Notes under the pieces: model-generated | The model's input: only the letters and a program-made list of their open reading frames with translations | The model's database searches: none | What the model was told of the DNA's origin: nothing | Made by a program: the position numbers and the translations under genes | Part shown: positions 28,350-38,836 of the stretch, one piece after another | How positions within the stretch are numbered: position 1 is the first letter of the stretch | How the letters are laid out: each line of letters opens with the position of its first letter | Source: an uncultured Gemmatimonadales bacterium | GTDB lineage: Bacteria; Gemmatimonadota; Gemmatimonadetes; Gemmatimonadales; Gemmatimonadaceae | NCBI GenBank assembly: GCA_963851265.1 | Contig: CAWKNZ010000007.1 | Location: 224,001 to 288,000, forward strand | DNA: 64,000 nucleotides | Reading direction: 5' to 3'

Positions 28350-31300
28350 TGGGGCGGCGGAGCGGGCCGGCTGCGCTCGCCGCGACGCTCGGGCTCCTGC
28401 TGCTGCCGTTCGCGGCGTGCTCGCGTGCGCCGGCGGCCCCGCCCCGGCCGGCTGGGCCGCCGCTGTTCGAAGCGCTCGCACCGCGGACGACGGGCGTCAC
28501 GTTCGCCAACGCGCTGCCCGAGCGGCCCGATTTCAACATCGTCAACTACGTCTACTACTACAACGGCGGCGGCGTGGCGGCCGGCGACGTGAACGGCGAC
28601 GGGCTCCCCGACCTGTACTTCACGTCGAACCTCGGGAAAAACAGGCTCTACATCAACAAGGGCAACTACCAGTTCGAGGACGTGACCGACCGCGCCGGCG
28701 TGGCCGACTCGGTGGGGTGGAAGACGGGCGTGACGATGGCCGACGTGAACGGAGACGGGAAGCTCGACATCTACGTCTCGGGCGTCGACTACCTCGGCGT
28801 GCACGGGCGCAACGTGCTGTACATCAACAACGGCGACGGCACGTTCACCGACCGCACGAAGGAGTACGGCCTCGACTACGCCGGGTACTCCACGCAGGCG
28901 ACGTTCTTCGATTACGACGGCGACGGGAACCTCGACATGTTCCTCGTCACGCACCTCACCGACAGCGAGCGCAAGATCGGTGGCGGGTTCACCGGCGACC
29001 CGCGCGTGCCGCGGTCCGGCGGGGTGCTGTTTCACAACGACGGACGGCGCGGCACGACGCCCCACTTCACCGACGTCACGGCCAGAGCCGGCATGACGTC
29101 GCGGAACGGCTACGGGTTGGGCGTCGTCGTGAGCGATTTCAACGGCGACGGCTGCCCCGACCTCTACGAGTCGATCGACTTCCAGGGCGACGACCGGCTC
29201 TGGATGAACAACTGCGACGGCACGTTCCGCGACGCGATCCGCACGGCCACGCGCCACACGAGCCGGTTCTCGATGGGCGTCGACGCCGCCGACTTCACGA
29301 ACACGGGGCGCCCGAGCGTGTTCGTCGCCGACATGTTCCCGGAGCGCGAGGACGTGCTCAAGACGTCCGCGAGCACCGAGACGTGGACGCTCTTCAACCT
29401 GTTCCTCAAGGCCGGCTACCACCCGCAGTACTCGCGCAACACGCTGCAGCTCAACCGCGGGACGCTCCCCGACTCCGGGGCGCACGCGAGCGCTGGCGGG
29501 ACGCCGCGCTTCAGCGACGTCGCCTACCTGGCCGGGGTCAACGCGAGCGACTGGAGCTGGTCCGCGCTGTTCGCCGACCTCGACAACGACGGGCGCAAGG
29601 ACCTGTTCGTGACGAACGGGATCTATCGCCGCCTCAACGACCTGGACTACATCAATTACGTCGGCAACGACGCGGTGCAGGCGTCGCTCGCGAACGGCGT
29701 GACGAAGGACAACCTCTCGCTGCTGCAACACATGCCGCAGATCGCGCTGCCGAACCACGCGTTCCGCAACGTGGGCGGAGAGGGCGGGCGCGACGTCGCG
29801 TTCACCGACATGGCCGCGGCCTGGGGGCTCGGCGAGCCGGGCTTCTCGAATGGGGCGGTGTACGTCGATCTGAACAACAGTGGTGCGCTCGACCTCGTCG
29901 TGAACCGGGTGGCGGCACCGGCCGCGATCTACCGAAATCGCTCGCGCGAGCGAAACGGCAACGCGTATCTCACCGTCGCGCTGCGTGGGGACGGGCGCAA
30001 CACCGGCGGGATCGGCGCGAAGGTGTGGGCGACGGCCAACGGCACCACGCAGCTGCTGGAGGCGATGCCCACGCGCGGCTTCCTGTCCTCGGTCGACCCG
30101 CGACTGCACTTCGGCTTCGGCCGCGCGACGACGGCCGATTCGCTCGTGGTCGTGTGGCCCGACCGGCGGTTCCAGGTACTGCGGACCGTCGCGCTCAACC
30201 GACAGCTCACGCTCTCGCAGGCCGACGCGGCGGGCCGATTCGACTACGGCCGCGCGTCACCGCGGCGGGCGCCGCCGCTGCTCACGGACGTCACCGCGAG
30301 CCACGCGATCGATTTCAAGCACGAGGAGAACGACGTCAGCGACTTCGACCGCGAGCCGCTGATGACGCACCAGCTATCGACCGAGGGGCCCGCGCTCGCG
30401 GTGGCCGACGTCGACGGCGACGGGCTGGAGGATGTGTTCGTCGGTGGGGCGAAGTGGCAGCCGAGCCGGCTGTTCCTGCAACAGCGCGACGGGTCGTTCC
30501 GCGCGAGCACGCAGCCGGCGATCGCGGCCGACAGCGTGAGCGAGGACGTGGACGCGGTGTTCGTCGACGCGAACGGAGACGGACACCCGGACCTCGTCGT
30601 CGCGGCGGCCGGCAACGAGTTCTTCGGCGACGCCGACGCGCTGCGCCCGCGGCTGTACCTGAACGACGGGGCGGGCCATTTCGCGCGCGCGCCCGACGCG
30701 TTCCCGGGGGTGTTCGAGAACGCGTCGTGCGTGGTCTCGGGCGACTTCGACGGCGACGGCCGGCCTGACCTCTTCCTGGGTGCGCGCGTGGTGTCGCGCC
30801 AGTACGGCCTCAGCCCGAAGAGCCACCTGCTGCGCAACGACGGGCGCGGGCATTTCGTCGACGTGACCGCGCGGGTCGCCCCGGGGCTCGCCGAGGCCGG
30901 GATGGTGACCTCGGCGACGTGGGTCGACTACGACCACGACGGCAAGCTCGATCTCGTCGTGGTCGGCGAGTTCACGCCCGTGCGGGTCTTCCACAACGAG
31001 GGCGGAAAGCTCGTCGACCGCACTAAGGAGGCGGGCCTGAAGGGCACGGAGGGGTGGTGGACCCACGTGCAGGCGGTCGACCTCGCCGGCACCGGCCGCA
31101 AGGACCTCGTGTTAGGCAACCTCGGCCTCAACTCGTACCTGCGCGCCAGCGCCGAGGAGCCCGCGCGCATGTACGTCGGCGACTTCGGGCACAACGGGAC
31201 GCTTGAGCAGGTGCTGACCTTCTACAAGCATGGCGTGAGCTATCCGGTCGCGGGGCGCGACGAGATCGTGAAGCTCGTGCCGTCGCTGCGGAGCCGGTAC

Positions 31301-31843
31301 CCGTCGTACGCGAAGTTCGGTGCCAGCCGCGTCGAGGACATCTTCCCGGACAGCGATCTCGGCGCGGCCCGCGTGCTCGAAGCGCACACATTCTCGAGCG
31401 CGATCGCGCACAACAACGGCGACGGCACGTTCACGCTGCGCGCCCTCCCGGCGGAGGCGCAGTTCTCGCCGATCTTCGCGTCGCTCGCCGCCGATTTCGA
31501 CGACGACGGGCACACGGACCTCCTGCTCGCCGGCAACTTCTTCGGATTCCAACCGCTGCTCGGGCGCTCGGACGCGAGTTTCGGCACGCTGCTGCGCGGC
31601 GTCGGTGGCGGCGCGCTGGCGCCTACGCCGGCCGAGCGCGCCGGGATGCTACTCGACGGGCAGGTTCGCCACATGGCCGCGCTGCGCGGCGCGCGCGGGG
31701 AACGGCTGATCGTCGTGGCGCGCGACGACGCCCGCCTGCAGGTACTCCGCGTGGGTGACGCGGCTCCTGGGCGCGCCGCCGCGCACGGCACGCTGATCGC
31801 TTCGCGTGCGGGGCGGGCCGGCCCGTCCCCGGCGCGCCCCTGA
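28349..31843 (+). CDS. FG-GAP/VCBS-repeat, ASPIC/UnbV (CRTAC1-like) lipoprotein
   Basis: Lipobox FAAC; YYYNGGGVAAGDVNGDGLPDLYF, repeated FG-GAP units, TRGFLSSVDPRLHFGFG. Confidence 0.92.
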   Translation: MGRRSGPAALAATLGLLLLPFAACSRAPAAPPRPAGPPLFEALAPRTTGVTFANALPERPDFNIVNYVYYYNGGGVAAGDVNGDGLPDLYFTSNLGKNRLYINKGNYQFEDVTDRAGVADSVGWKTGVTMADVNGDGKLDIYVSGVDYLGVHGRNVLYINNGDGTFTDRTKEYGLDYAGYSTQATFFDYDGDGNLDMFLVTHLTDSERKIGGGFTGDPRVPRSGGVLFHNDGRRGTTPHFTDVTARAGMTSRNGYGLGVVVSDFNGDGCPDLYESIDFQGDDRLWMNNCDGTFRDAIRTATRHTSRFSMGVDAADFTNTGRPSVFVADMFPEREDVLKTSASTETWTLFNLFLKAGYHPQYSRNTLQLNRGTLPDSGAHASAGGTPRFSDVAYLAGVNASDWSWSALFADLDNDGRKDLFVTNGIYRRLNDLDYINYVGNDAVQASLANGVTKDNLSLLQHMPQIALPNHAFRNVGGEGGRDVAFTDMAAAWGLGEPGFSNGAVYVDLNNSGALDLVVNRVAAPAAIYRNRSRERNGNAYLTVALRGDGRNTGGIGAKVWATANGTTQLLEAMPTRGFLSSVDPRLHFGFGRATTADSLVVVWPDRRFQVLRTVALNRQLTLSQADAAGRFDYGRASPRRAPPLLTDVTASHAIDFKHEENDVSDFDREPLMTHQLSTEGPALAVADVDGDGLEDVFVGGAKWQPSRLFLQQRDGSFRASTQPAIAADSVSEDVDAVFVDANGDGHPDLVVAAAGNEFFGDADALRPRLYLNDGAGHFARAPDAFPGVFENASCVVSGDFDGDGRPDLFLGARVVSRQYGLSPKSHLLRNDGRGHFVDVTARVAPGLAEAGMVTSATWVDYDHDGKLDLVVVGEFTPVRVFHNEGGKLVDRTKEAGLKGTEGWWTHVQAVDLAGTGRKDLVLGNLGLNSYLRASAEEPARMYVGDFGHNGTLEQVLTFYKHGVSYPVAGRDEIVKLVPSLRSRYPSYAKFGASRVEDIFPDSDLGAARVLEAHTFSSAIAHNNGDGTFTLRALPAEAQFSPIFASLAADFDDDGHTDLLLAGNFFGFQPLLGRSDASFGTLLRGVGGGALAPTPAERAGMLLDGQVRHMAALRGARGERLIVVARDDARLQVLRVGDAAPGRAAAHGTLIASRAGRAGPSPARP

Positions 31844-31908
31844 CGATCGCACGGTGCCGACCGAGGGCCGGTCACCGCGTCCTCTGACTGCGTCCCACCA
31901 CCTGGTTC

Positions 31909-33360
31909 ATGCGATTCTCGACCCTCGCCCTCGCGACGCTCGCCGTTCTCGGTGCCTTCGCCGCGCCCCGCGCACACGCGCAGCCCGCGCCCGACCCGGC
32001 GGCGCACGCCGCGCCGGCGCCCCAGGCGACCCCGGGATCCACCGCGGCGCTGACCGGCGCCGCGGTGCCGTCGGTCGCGCATCCCGCCTGGTCGCGCAAC
32101 GCGAACATCTACGAGGTGAACGTCCGGCAGTACACGCCGGAGGGAACGCTCGCCGCCATCCGCCCGCACCTGGCGCGTCTGCAGCACCTCGGCGTCGACA
32201 TCCTGTGGTTCATGCCCGTGCAACCGATCGGCAAGAAGAACCGCAAGGGGCGACTCGGCTCGTACTACTCCATCGCCGACTACCGCGCGATCAACCCCGA
32301 GTTCGGGACGACCGCCGACTTTCGCGCACTCGTCGCGGACGCGCACCGGCTCGGGATGAAGGTGCTGCTCGACTGGGTGCCCAACCACACGGCGTTCGAT
32401 CATCCGTGGATCACGCAGCACCCCGACTGGTACGTGCACCGCGCGGACGGCTCGATCATGAATGCCCGCGACAACGAGAACCACGAGACCGACTGGACCG
32501 ACGTCGCGGAGTTGAATTACGACAACGCCGACCTCCGGCGCGCGATGCTCGCGGACATGCGGTACTGGCTCGACTCCGCGGGGGTGGACGGGTTTCGCTG
32601 CGACGTGGCGGGCGGGGTGCCCGACGATTTCTGGGCGCACGCGCGCGCGACGTTGGGCGCGGCGCACCCGGGCCTATTCATGCTCGCCGAGGCCGAGTCG
32701 CCGTCGATGCACGCGTCGTTCGACATGACGTACGGCTGGCAGCTCTACGACCTGCTCGTGGCGGTGTCGCAGGGGAAGCAGTCGCCGGCCGCGATTGACC
32801 GGTACCTCGCCGCCCAGGACAGCACGTACCCGGCCGACGCGTACCGGATGTACTTCACCGTCAACCACGACAAGAACAGCTGGGACGGGACCGAGTTCGA
32901 GCGGATGGGGCCGAACAACACGCCGAGCTACATCCTGAGCGCGACCCTGCGGAACTCGATGCCACTGCTGTACACGGGGCAGGAGGTCAGCAACCCGAAG
33001 CGGCTGCGTTTCTTCGAGCGGGACACGGTGGACTGGCGCGGGCCGTCGCGCGCGGCGTTCTACCGCGCGGTGTTCGCGCTGAAGCACGCGCAGCCGGCGC
33101 TGGCCAACGGGGCGGCCGGCGGGGTGCAGCAGAAGCTCGCGACGGACGACACGGCGCACGTGTACGCGTTCACGCGCACGCGGGGGGCGAATACGGTGCT
33201 CGTGGCGGTGAATTATGGAGACGCCGCCGTGCGGGTGCCGTACCGCGGGCTGGCGCGGGGCGGGGCGTATACGGACTGGTTCGCCGGGACGCGAGTGAGG
33301 TTAGGCGAGCGCGGGGTCCTCGCGGTGCCGGCGCACGGGTATCGGGTGTTGGTGCGGTAG
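31909..33360 (+). CDS. Exported GH13 alpha-amylase-family hydrolase
   Basis: Signal peptide; DWVPNH, DGFRCDVA, LAEAE and NHD conserved regions. Confidence 0.93.
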   Translation: MRFSTLALATLAVLGAFAAPRAHAQPAPDPAAHAAPAPQATPGSTAALTGAAVPSVAHPAWSRNANIYEVNVRQYTPEGTLAAIRPHLARLQHLGVDILWFMPVQPIGKKNRKGRLGSYYSIADYRAINPEFGTTADFRALVADAHRLGMKVLLDWVPNHTAFDHPWITQHPDWYVHRADGSIMNARDNENHETDWTDVAELNYDNADLRRAMLADMRYWLDSAGVDGFRCDVAGGVPDDFWAHARATLGAAHPGLFMLAEAESPSMHASFDMTYGWQLYDLLVAVSQGKQSPAAIDRYLAAQDSTYPADAYRMYFTVNHDKNSWDGTEFERMGPNNTPSYILSATLRNSMPLLYTGQEVSNPKRLRFFERDTVDWRGPSRAAFYRAVFALKHAQPALANGAAGGVQQKLATDDTAHVYAFTRTRGANTVLVAVNYGDAAVRVPYRGLARGGAYTDWFAGTRVRLGERGVLAVPAHGYRVLVR

Positions 33361-33414
33361 CAAGGCTGGGCGGACGCTGTGGAGCGTCAAGCCTGACGCC
33401 AACGCCGGGACCGG

Positions 33415-33462
33415 TGGACCCCCGCTTCCGCGGGGGCGAACCCCCGCTTACGCGGGGGCGAC
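33415..33462. repeat. Two tandem REP-like palindromic units
   Basis: CCCCCGCTT(C/A)CGCGGGGGCGA repeated with 22-bp period between convergent genes; a related copy lies at 42842-42873. Confidence 0.75.
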
Positions 33463-33504
33463 AGCGCCAGAGATCGCCGCGCCCCCCGGTCGCGCCACGC
33501 CGCG

Positions 33505-34905
33505 TTACACCGCCCCCGCCGTATCCAGCTGCCCTCTCCCCGGCGCCAACTTCACGAACAGCGTCGCCACCGCCGCACAGATCAGCAGCGCCCCCGCGAG
33601 CCGGATCACGTTGTCCGGCGTGCCGCCGAGCAGCGAGTGATAGATCAGCGGCAGCGTGAAGATCTGCACCATCATCGGGATCACGATGAACATGTTGAAG
33701 ATCCCCATGTACACTCCCACCCGCTCCTGCGGGATGCTGCCGGCGAGCATGACGTACGGGTTGCCCATGATGCTGGCCCACGCGAGCCCGATGCCGATCA
33801 TCGGGACGAAGAGCAGGCCGCGGTCGGTGATGCCGGGGAGGGCCCACATCGCGAGGCCGGCGAGCGTGAGGCAGGTCGCGTGCGTGATCTTCGGCCCGAG
33901 GCGCCGCGTGAACGGGACCATCGCGAACGCGGCCGCGAAGGCGACGGCGTTGTAGAAGCCGCCGAGCTGGCCGTAGAAGAGGTTCGCGTCGCGGAAGGCG
34001 GGCGTGGTCGCGTCGTGCGTGTGGAACACCGTCGCCGCGATCGAGAGGACCACGTACTGCCAGTAGCAGAACATCGCGTACCACTGGAACAGCTTCATCA
34101 CCGCGAGCTGCCGCATCGTCGTCGGCATCTCGCGCACGGCGGCGCCGACCTCGGTGAACGCGGCGCCGAGCCCGCGCGGCATCGCCTCGATGCGCGCGCG
34201 CTCGTCGGCCGACAGCGGCAGCTCGGGCGTCGTGCGCACCGTCCAGAGGATCGACGCGAGCGAGAACACCGAGCCGATGAGGAACGCGCCGACCGTGACG
34301 TACGGGATGCCGCGCGCGTTGGTCGCGTCGCTGTTCATCCCGAGCCGCACGGCGAGGCCGGCGAGCAGCGACGGCGTCACGTAGGACAGCGTCTGGCCGA
34401 GCCCCGTGAAGGCGCTCTGCGTGAGGAAGCCGATCGAGTGCTGCGTGGGGTCGAGCCGGTCGGAGACGAAGGCGCGGTACGGCTCCATCGTCACGTTGTT
34501 GCCGGCGTCGAGGATCCAGAGCAGCCCCGCCGCCGCCCAGATGGCCGGGCTGAACGGCATGAGCAGCAGGGCGATGCTGCAGAGGACCGCGCCGACCAGG
34601 AAGTACGGCGTACGCCGCCCGCGCGAGCTGAGCGTGCGGTCGCTCATCGCGCCGATGATCGGCTGCACGAGCAGGCCGGTCATGGGCCCGGCGAGCCAGA
34701 GGAAGGGCAGGCTCGCCTCGTCCGCGCCGAGGTAGCGGTAGATGGGGCTCATGTTGGCCTGCTGCAGTCCGAAGCTGTACTGGATTCCGAAGAACCCGAA
34801 GTTCATGCTCAGGATCTGCGCGAACGAGAGCTGCGGGCGTCGCGCGGCGCGCACGCCGGGGGCGGCGCGGGCGGCGCTCGGGAGCGCGGCGGTGGTCGTC
34901 GCCAT
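33505..34905 (-). CDS. MFS sugar transporter (maltose/sucrose SLC45/MalT-like)
   Basis: MNFGFFGIQYSFGLQ, LVQPIIGAMSDRT, GRRTPYFL, MEPYRA and GVYMGIFNMFIVIP motifs. Confidence 0.92.
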   Translation of the reverse strand: MATTTAALPSAARAAPGVRAARRPQLSFAQILSMNFGFFGIQYSFGLQQANMSPIYRYLGADEASLPFLWLAGPMTGLLVQPIIGAMSDRTLSSRGRRTPYFLVGAVLCSIALLLMPFSPAIWAAAGLLWILDAGNNVTMEPYRAFVSDRLDPTQHSIGFLTQSAFTGLGQTLSYVTPSLLAGLAVRLGMNSDATNARGIPYVTVGAFLIGSVFSLASILWTVRTTPELPLSADERARIEAMPRGLGAAFTEVGAAVREMPTTMRQLAVMKLFQWYAMFCYWQYVVLSIAATVFHTHDATTPAFRDANLFYGQLGGFYNAVAFAAAFAMVPFTRRLGPKITHATCLTLAGLAMWALPGITDRGLLFVPMIGIGLAWASIMGNPYVMLAGSIPQERVGVYMGIFNMFIVIPMMVQIFTLPLIYHSLLGGTPDNVIRLAGALLICAAVATLFVKLAPGRGQLDTAGAV

Positions 34906-35048
34906 GGCGGGCGGTGAGGGCGGAGAGGGCGGGTCGGGGCGAGCGTTCGCGCGAACCCGCGCGTGAAGCCTGCGCGTATAATGGGGGGCGTGCACGCATT
35001 CTGCCCGCGGCGGGCGCGCCGTCGACACCAAGTCGCCACACATCTCTC

Positions 35049-36203
35049 GTGACCGCACCCGCCTCGTCTCTCGCCGCCGACCCCGCGGTCGCGCTACTCC
35101 GCGCGCTGAGCGGCCCCGCCGGCATTCACGCGTCGCTCTCCGACACGGCGAACTACCGCGCCGTGTTCGCGCGCGACGGTGTGATGGCGGGCATCGCGGG
35201 GCTGCTGCTCGGCGACGCGACGGTCACCGCGGGCCTCGTCCGCACGCTCGAACAGCTGCGCGACCTGCAAGGCGCCGAGGGGCAGATCGCGTCCAACTAC
35301 GAGGTGCGTGACGGCGCGCCGCCCCACGTGAGCTTCGGCACCGTCGTGCCGCGCGTCGACTCGGCGACGTGGTACCTCGTGGGCGTCGCGCTCGCGGCGC
35401 GCGAGGGCGCGGTCGACCCGGCGGCGTTCGCGGCGTCGGTGCGCGCGACGGTGCGGCTGCTCGACGCGCTCGAGTACAACGGGCGCGACCTCGTCTACGT
35501 GCCGGCCGGCGGGAACTGGGCCGACGAGTACCTCACCGAGGGCTACATCCTCTACGACCAGGTGCTGCGCGCGTGGGGGCTGCGGTTGTTAGGCACGACG
35601 TACGGCGAGCCGGCGTGGGGCGAGAAGGCCGAGCGAGTCGGCGCGCGAATCGCGGAGCGGTTCTGGCCCGACGCCGACGCCGGCCGACGGTACCCGCTCG
35701 CGTCGTACACGCCGATCGCCGTGCGCGACGTGTTCGACCTCGCGGCCGCCGCGCTGCTCGGCGTCGCGGGCGTGGCCGGGGCGGAGGCGGTGACGGCGCG
35801 CGCGCTCGACTACGCGGTGGACGCGTTCCTCGCCCGCGACGTGCTCCCGCCCGCGTTCAGCCCGGTGATCGAGGAGGGCGACGCGGACTGGCCGGCGCTC
35901 CGCCGGTACCACCTCTACGCGTTCCGCAACCGCCCGCACGAGTATCACAACGGCGGCGTGTGGCCGATCTGGCTCGGCTGGCTCGCGCTCGCGCTCGCGC
36001 GCACGGGGCGGCCCCGCGACCTCGCGCGCCTGCGCGCGCTCGTCGCCGACCGGGTCGCGGCACACCCCGCGTACGCGTTCGACGAGTACCTGCACGGCGT
36101 GACGTCCACGCCCGGAGGCACGACGCGGATGGCGTACAGCGCGACGGGGTTCGTCTTCCTGCAACTCGCCGATACGAGCGCCGCGGCGCGGGTGCTCGCG
36201 TGA
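35049..36203 (+). CDS. GH100-like (alkaline/neutral invertase-related) six-hairpin glycosidase
   Basis: NYRAVFARDG, GQIASN, GGNWADEY and PHEYHNGGVWP motifs; GTG start inferred. Confidence 0.7.
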   Translation: MTAPASSLAADPAVALLRALSGPAGIHASLSDTANYRAVFARDGVMAGIAGLLLGDATVTAGLVRTLEQLRDLQGAEGQIASNYEVRDGAPPHVSFGTVVPRVDSATWYLVGVALAAREGAVDPAAFAASVRATVRLLDALEYNGRDLVYVPAGGNWADEYLTEGYILYDQVLRAWGLRLLGTTYGEPAWGEKAERVGARIAERFWPDADAGRRYPLASYTPIAVRDVFDLAAAALLGVAGVAGAEAVTARALDYAVDAFLARDVLPPAFSPVIEEGDADWPALRRYHLYAFRNRPHEYHNGGVWPIWLGWLALALARTGRPRDLARLRALVADRVAAHPAYAFDEYLHGVTSTPGGTTRMAYSATGFVFLQLADTSAAARVLA

Positions 36204-36823
36204 GCGCGCCGACGCCGGACGCGGGTCGCGTGCTCGTGGGCATGCTCGCGGAGTACGGGGTGCGCGAGCGCGAGCGCACCGTGGTGGGCGTCGCGGGCGA
36301 GTCCGGCAGCGGCAAGTCGACGACGGCGTCGGCGCTCGCCCGCGAGCTGACCGCGGACGGGCTGCGCGCCGAGGTGCTGTTTCAGGACGACTACTTCGTC
36401 CGGCCGCCGCGCACCAACCACGAGCACCGCGTGGCCGACATCTCGAGCGTGGGGCCGCAGGAGGTGGACATGGCGCGGATCGAGCGCGACGTCGCGGAGT
36501 TTCGCGCCGGGCGCGACGGGGTCGTGGTGCCGGCGGTCGACTACCCCGCCAACGTCTTCCGCACGCGGGTCGTGGATTTCGGCACGGCGCGCGTGCTCGT
36601 CGTCGAGGGGACGTACGTGCTGATGCTCCCAGGGCTGGACGTGCGCGTGTTTCTCGACGCGACGTACGCCGATACCCGGGCGCGGCGCGTGGCGCGGGCG
36701 CGCGACGTGGACTCGCCGTTCGTGGAGCAGGTGCTGCGGATCGAGCACGAGCTCATCGCGCCGCAGGCGGCCGTGGCCGACGTGGTTATAGATCGGGAGT
36801 TTCGCGTGCGGCGCGGACTGTGA
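36200..36823 (+). CDS. Uridine kinase / phosphoribulokinase-family P-loop kinase
   Basis: GTGA overlap; VVGVAGESGSGKST, QDDYF and VVEGTY motifs. Confidence 0.8.
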   Translation: MSAPTPDAGRVLVGMLAEYGVRERERTVVGVAGESGSGKSTTASALARELTADGLRAEVLFQDDYFVRPPRTNHEHRVADISSVGPQEVDMARIERDVAEFRAGRDGVVVPAVDYPANVFRTRVVDFGTARVLVVEGTYVLMLPGLDVRVFLDATYADTRARRVARARDVDSPFVEQVLRIEHELIAPQAAVADVVIDREFRVRRGL

Positions 36824-36981
36824 GGTGACGGCCCGCGCGCGGCGCGCGATCTACCTTCCCGTCTGATCGGGATCGCCCGATCGCCACGCCACGAACGACC
36901 CGCACGACCGGCATTCCCCGTCGCCCCACGCGGCAGGTCGCGCCCCGCGCGCCGCGACGGCCACGTCACGTACCCCACGAC

Positions 36982-38700
36982 ATGCTTCGATCATCATTTC
37001 GCGGCGCCCTCGGCCTCGCCGCCGTCCTCGCGCTCGCGACGGCGGGCTGCCGTCCGGCCGCGCTCGCGACCGCGCCGACGCCGGCCCTCGCCGCGTACGA
37101 CCCCGCGCGCGACCTCGGCCCGCTGTTTCAGGACGTGGAGACGGCGGGGATCTTCCCCGACTCGAAGACGTTCGTCGACGCGCGCGCCCTCGCGACCCCG
37201 GGCGACATCGCGGCGCGCTACGCCGCCGAGCGGGGGCGGCCCGGGTTCGACCTGCGGGCGTTCGTCGCGCGCGAGTTCGCGCTGCCGCAGAGCGCCGGCG
37301 CCGTCGCGCCGGACAGCGCGGCGACGATGGAAGCGCACATCCGCGCGCTGTGGCCCGCGCTCACGCGCCCGGCCGACGTGCCCGACCCGCGCTCCTCGCT
37401 CATCGCGCTGCCCAACCCGTACGTGGTGCCCGGCGGACGCTTCCGCGAGGTGTACTACTGGGACTCGTATTTCACGATGCTCGGCCTCGTGGAGAGCGGG
37501 CGCACGGACCTGATGCGCGACATGCTCGACAACTTCGCGTACGAGGTCCGCACGTTAGGCCACATTCCGAACGGCAACCGCACCTACTACCTGGGCCGCA
37601 GCCAGCCGCCGTTCTTCGCGGCGATGGTCGGGCTGTATGCGCAGGCGACCGACACGGGGCAGGCGCTCCGCTACCTCGACGCGCTCGAAGCCGAGCACGC
37701 GTTCTGGATGGACGGGGCCGACCGCCTCGCGCCCGGGACGGCGCACCGACGCCTGGTGCGGCTGCGCGACGGACGCCTGCTCAACCGGTACTGGGACGAC
37801 GTGCCGGCGCCGCGGCCCGAGTCGTTTCGTGAGGATTTCCAGCTCGGGCAGACCGTGCCGGCGGAGCGACGCGAGGCGTTCTACCGCAACGCGCGCGCGG
37901 GTGCGGAGAGTGGCTGGGACTATTCGAGTCGCTGGATGCGCGACCCGCACGACCTGCGGACGCTCGAGGTGATCGACCTCGTCCCGGTGGACCTCAACAG
38001 CGTGCTCTACCATGCCGAGCGGACGATCGCCGCGCTGCGGCGGTTCCGGGGGCGGGCGGGGGACGCGGGGGTCGCGGCGCGGTACGCGGAGGTGGCGGAG
38101 ACGCGGCGGCGCGCGCTCGTGTCGGCCGCGTACGACCCGGCGACCGGGTTCTTCTACGACGTGCGCTGGCGCACGGGCGAGCGGGTGACGGACCGGCCGA
38201 CGCTCGCGGCGGCCGCGCCGCTCTACTTCGGCCTCGCGACCCCGGAGCAGGGGCGCGCGGTGGCCGACCGGCTCGGGCGGGACTTCCTGAGGTCGGGCGG
38301 GTTCGTGACGACCCTCGTCGCGTCGGGGCAGCAGTGGGACGCGCCTAACGGGTGGCCGCCGCTGCAGTGGCTGGCGATGGAGGGGGTGCGGCGGTACGGC
38401 CGCGCGGGGCTCGCCGACACGGCGCGCGGGCGGTGGCTCGCGCTCAACCGGCGGACGTACGCGGCGACGAAGAAGATGACGGAGAAGTACGACGTCGTCG
38501 ACGCGGCGCGGCGGGCCGGCGGGGGCGAATACCCGACCCAGGACGGGTTCGGGTGGACGAACGGGGTCGCGCTGGCGCTCGCCGCGCAGGAGCGGGCGGC
38601 GGGAGGTGCGCGGGCGGACGGTGCCCCGGCGGACGGCGGCGACGTGCGCACGCCCGCGCCCGGGCCGGCGCGGGCCAACCCGGCGCCGTCGCATCGGTAG
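36982..38700 (+). CDS. treA: alpha,alpha-trehalase (GH37), lipoprotein
   Basis: Lipobox TAGC; FPDSKTFVD, PGGRFREVYYWDSYF, RSQPP, GAESGWDYSSRW, QQWDAPNGWPPLQW and QDGFGWTNG. Confidence 0.93.
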   Translation: MLRSSFRGALGLAAVLALATAGCRPAALATAPTPALAAYDPARDLGPLFQDVETAGIFPDSKTFVDARALATPGDIAARYAAERGRPGFDLRAFVAREFALPQSAGAVAPDSAATMEAHIRALWPALTRPADVPDPRSSLIALPNPYVVPGGRFREVYYWDSYFTMLGLVESGRTDLMRDMLDNFAYEVRTLGHIPNGNRTYYLGRSQPPFFAAMVGLYAQATDTGQALRYLDALEAEHAFWMDGADRLAPGTAHRRLVRLRDGRLLNRYWDDVPAPRPESFREDFQLGQTVPAERREAFYRNARAGAESGWDYSSRWMRDPHDLRTLEVIDLVPVDLNSVLYHAERTIAALRRFRGRAGDAGVAARYAEVAETRRRALVSAAYDPATGFFYDVRWRTGERVTDRPTLAAAAPLYFGLATPEQGRAVADRLGRDFLRSGGFVTTLVASGQQWDAPNGWPPLQWLAMEGVRRYGRAGLADTARGRWLALNRRTYAATKKMTEKYDVVDAARRAGGGEYPTQDGFGWTNGVALALAAQERAAGGARADGAPADGGDVRTPAPGPARANPAPSHR

Positions 38701-38836
38701 CCGTGGCCCTCGGCAGGTTGTCCGGCGCGGATTCTTCACAAGCCCTGGTACGTCGTACAGTTTCCGCGCACCGCGACACGCACGGCTCCGGCGCTCCGCG
38801 ATCGCACCTCCCCAATCCCGCCCCGAGGTACCCGGC

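Noticed and set aside
33415..33462. Mini CRISPR array
   Set aside because: Two abutting palindromic units without spacers, and no cas genes
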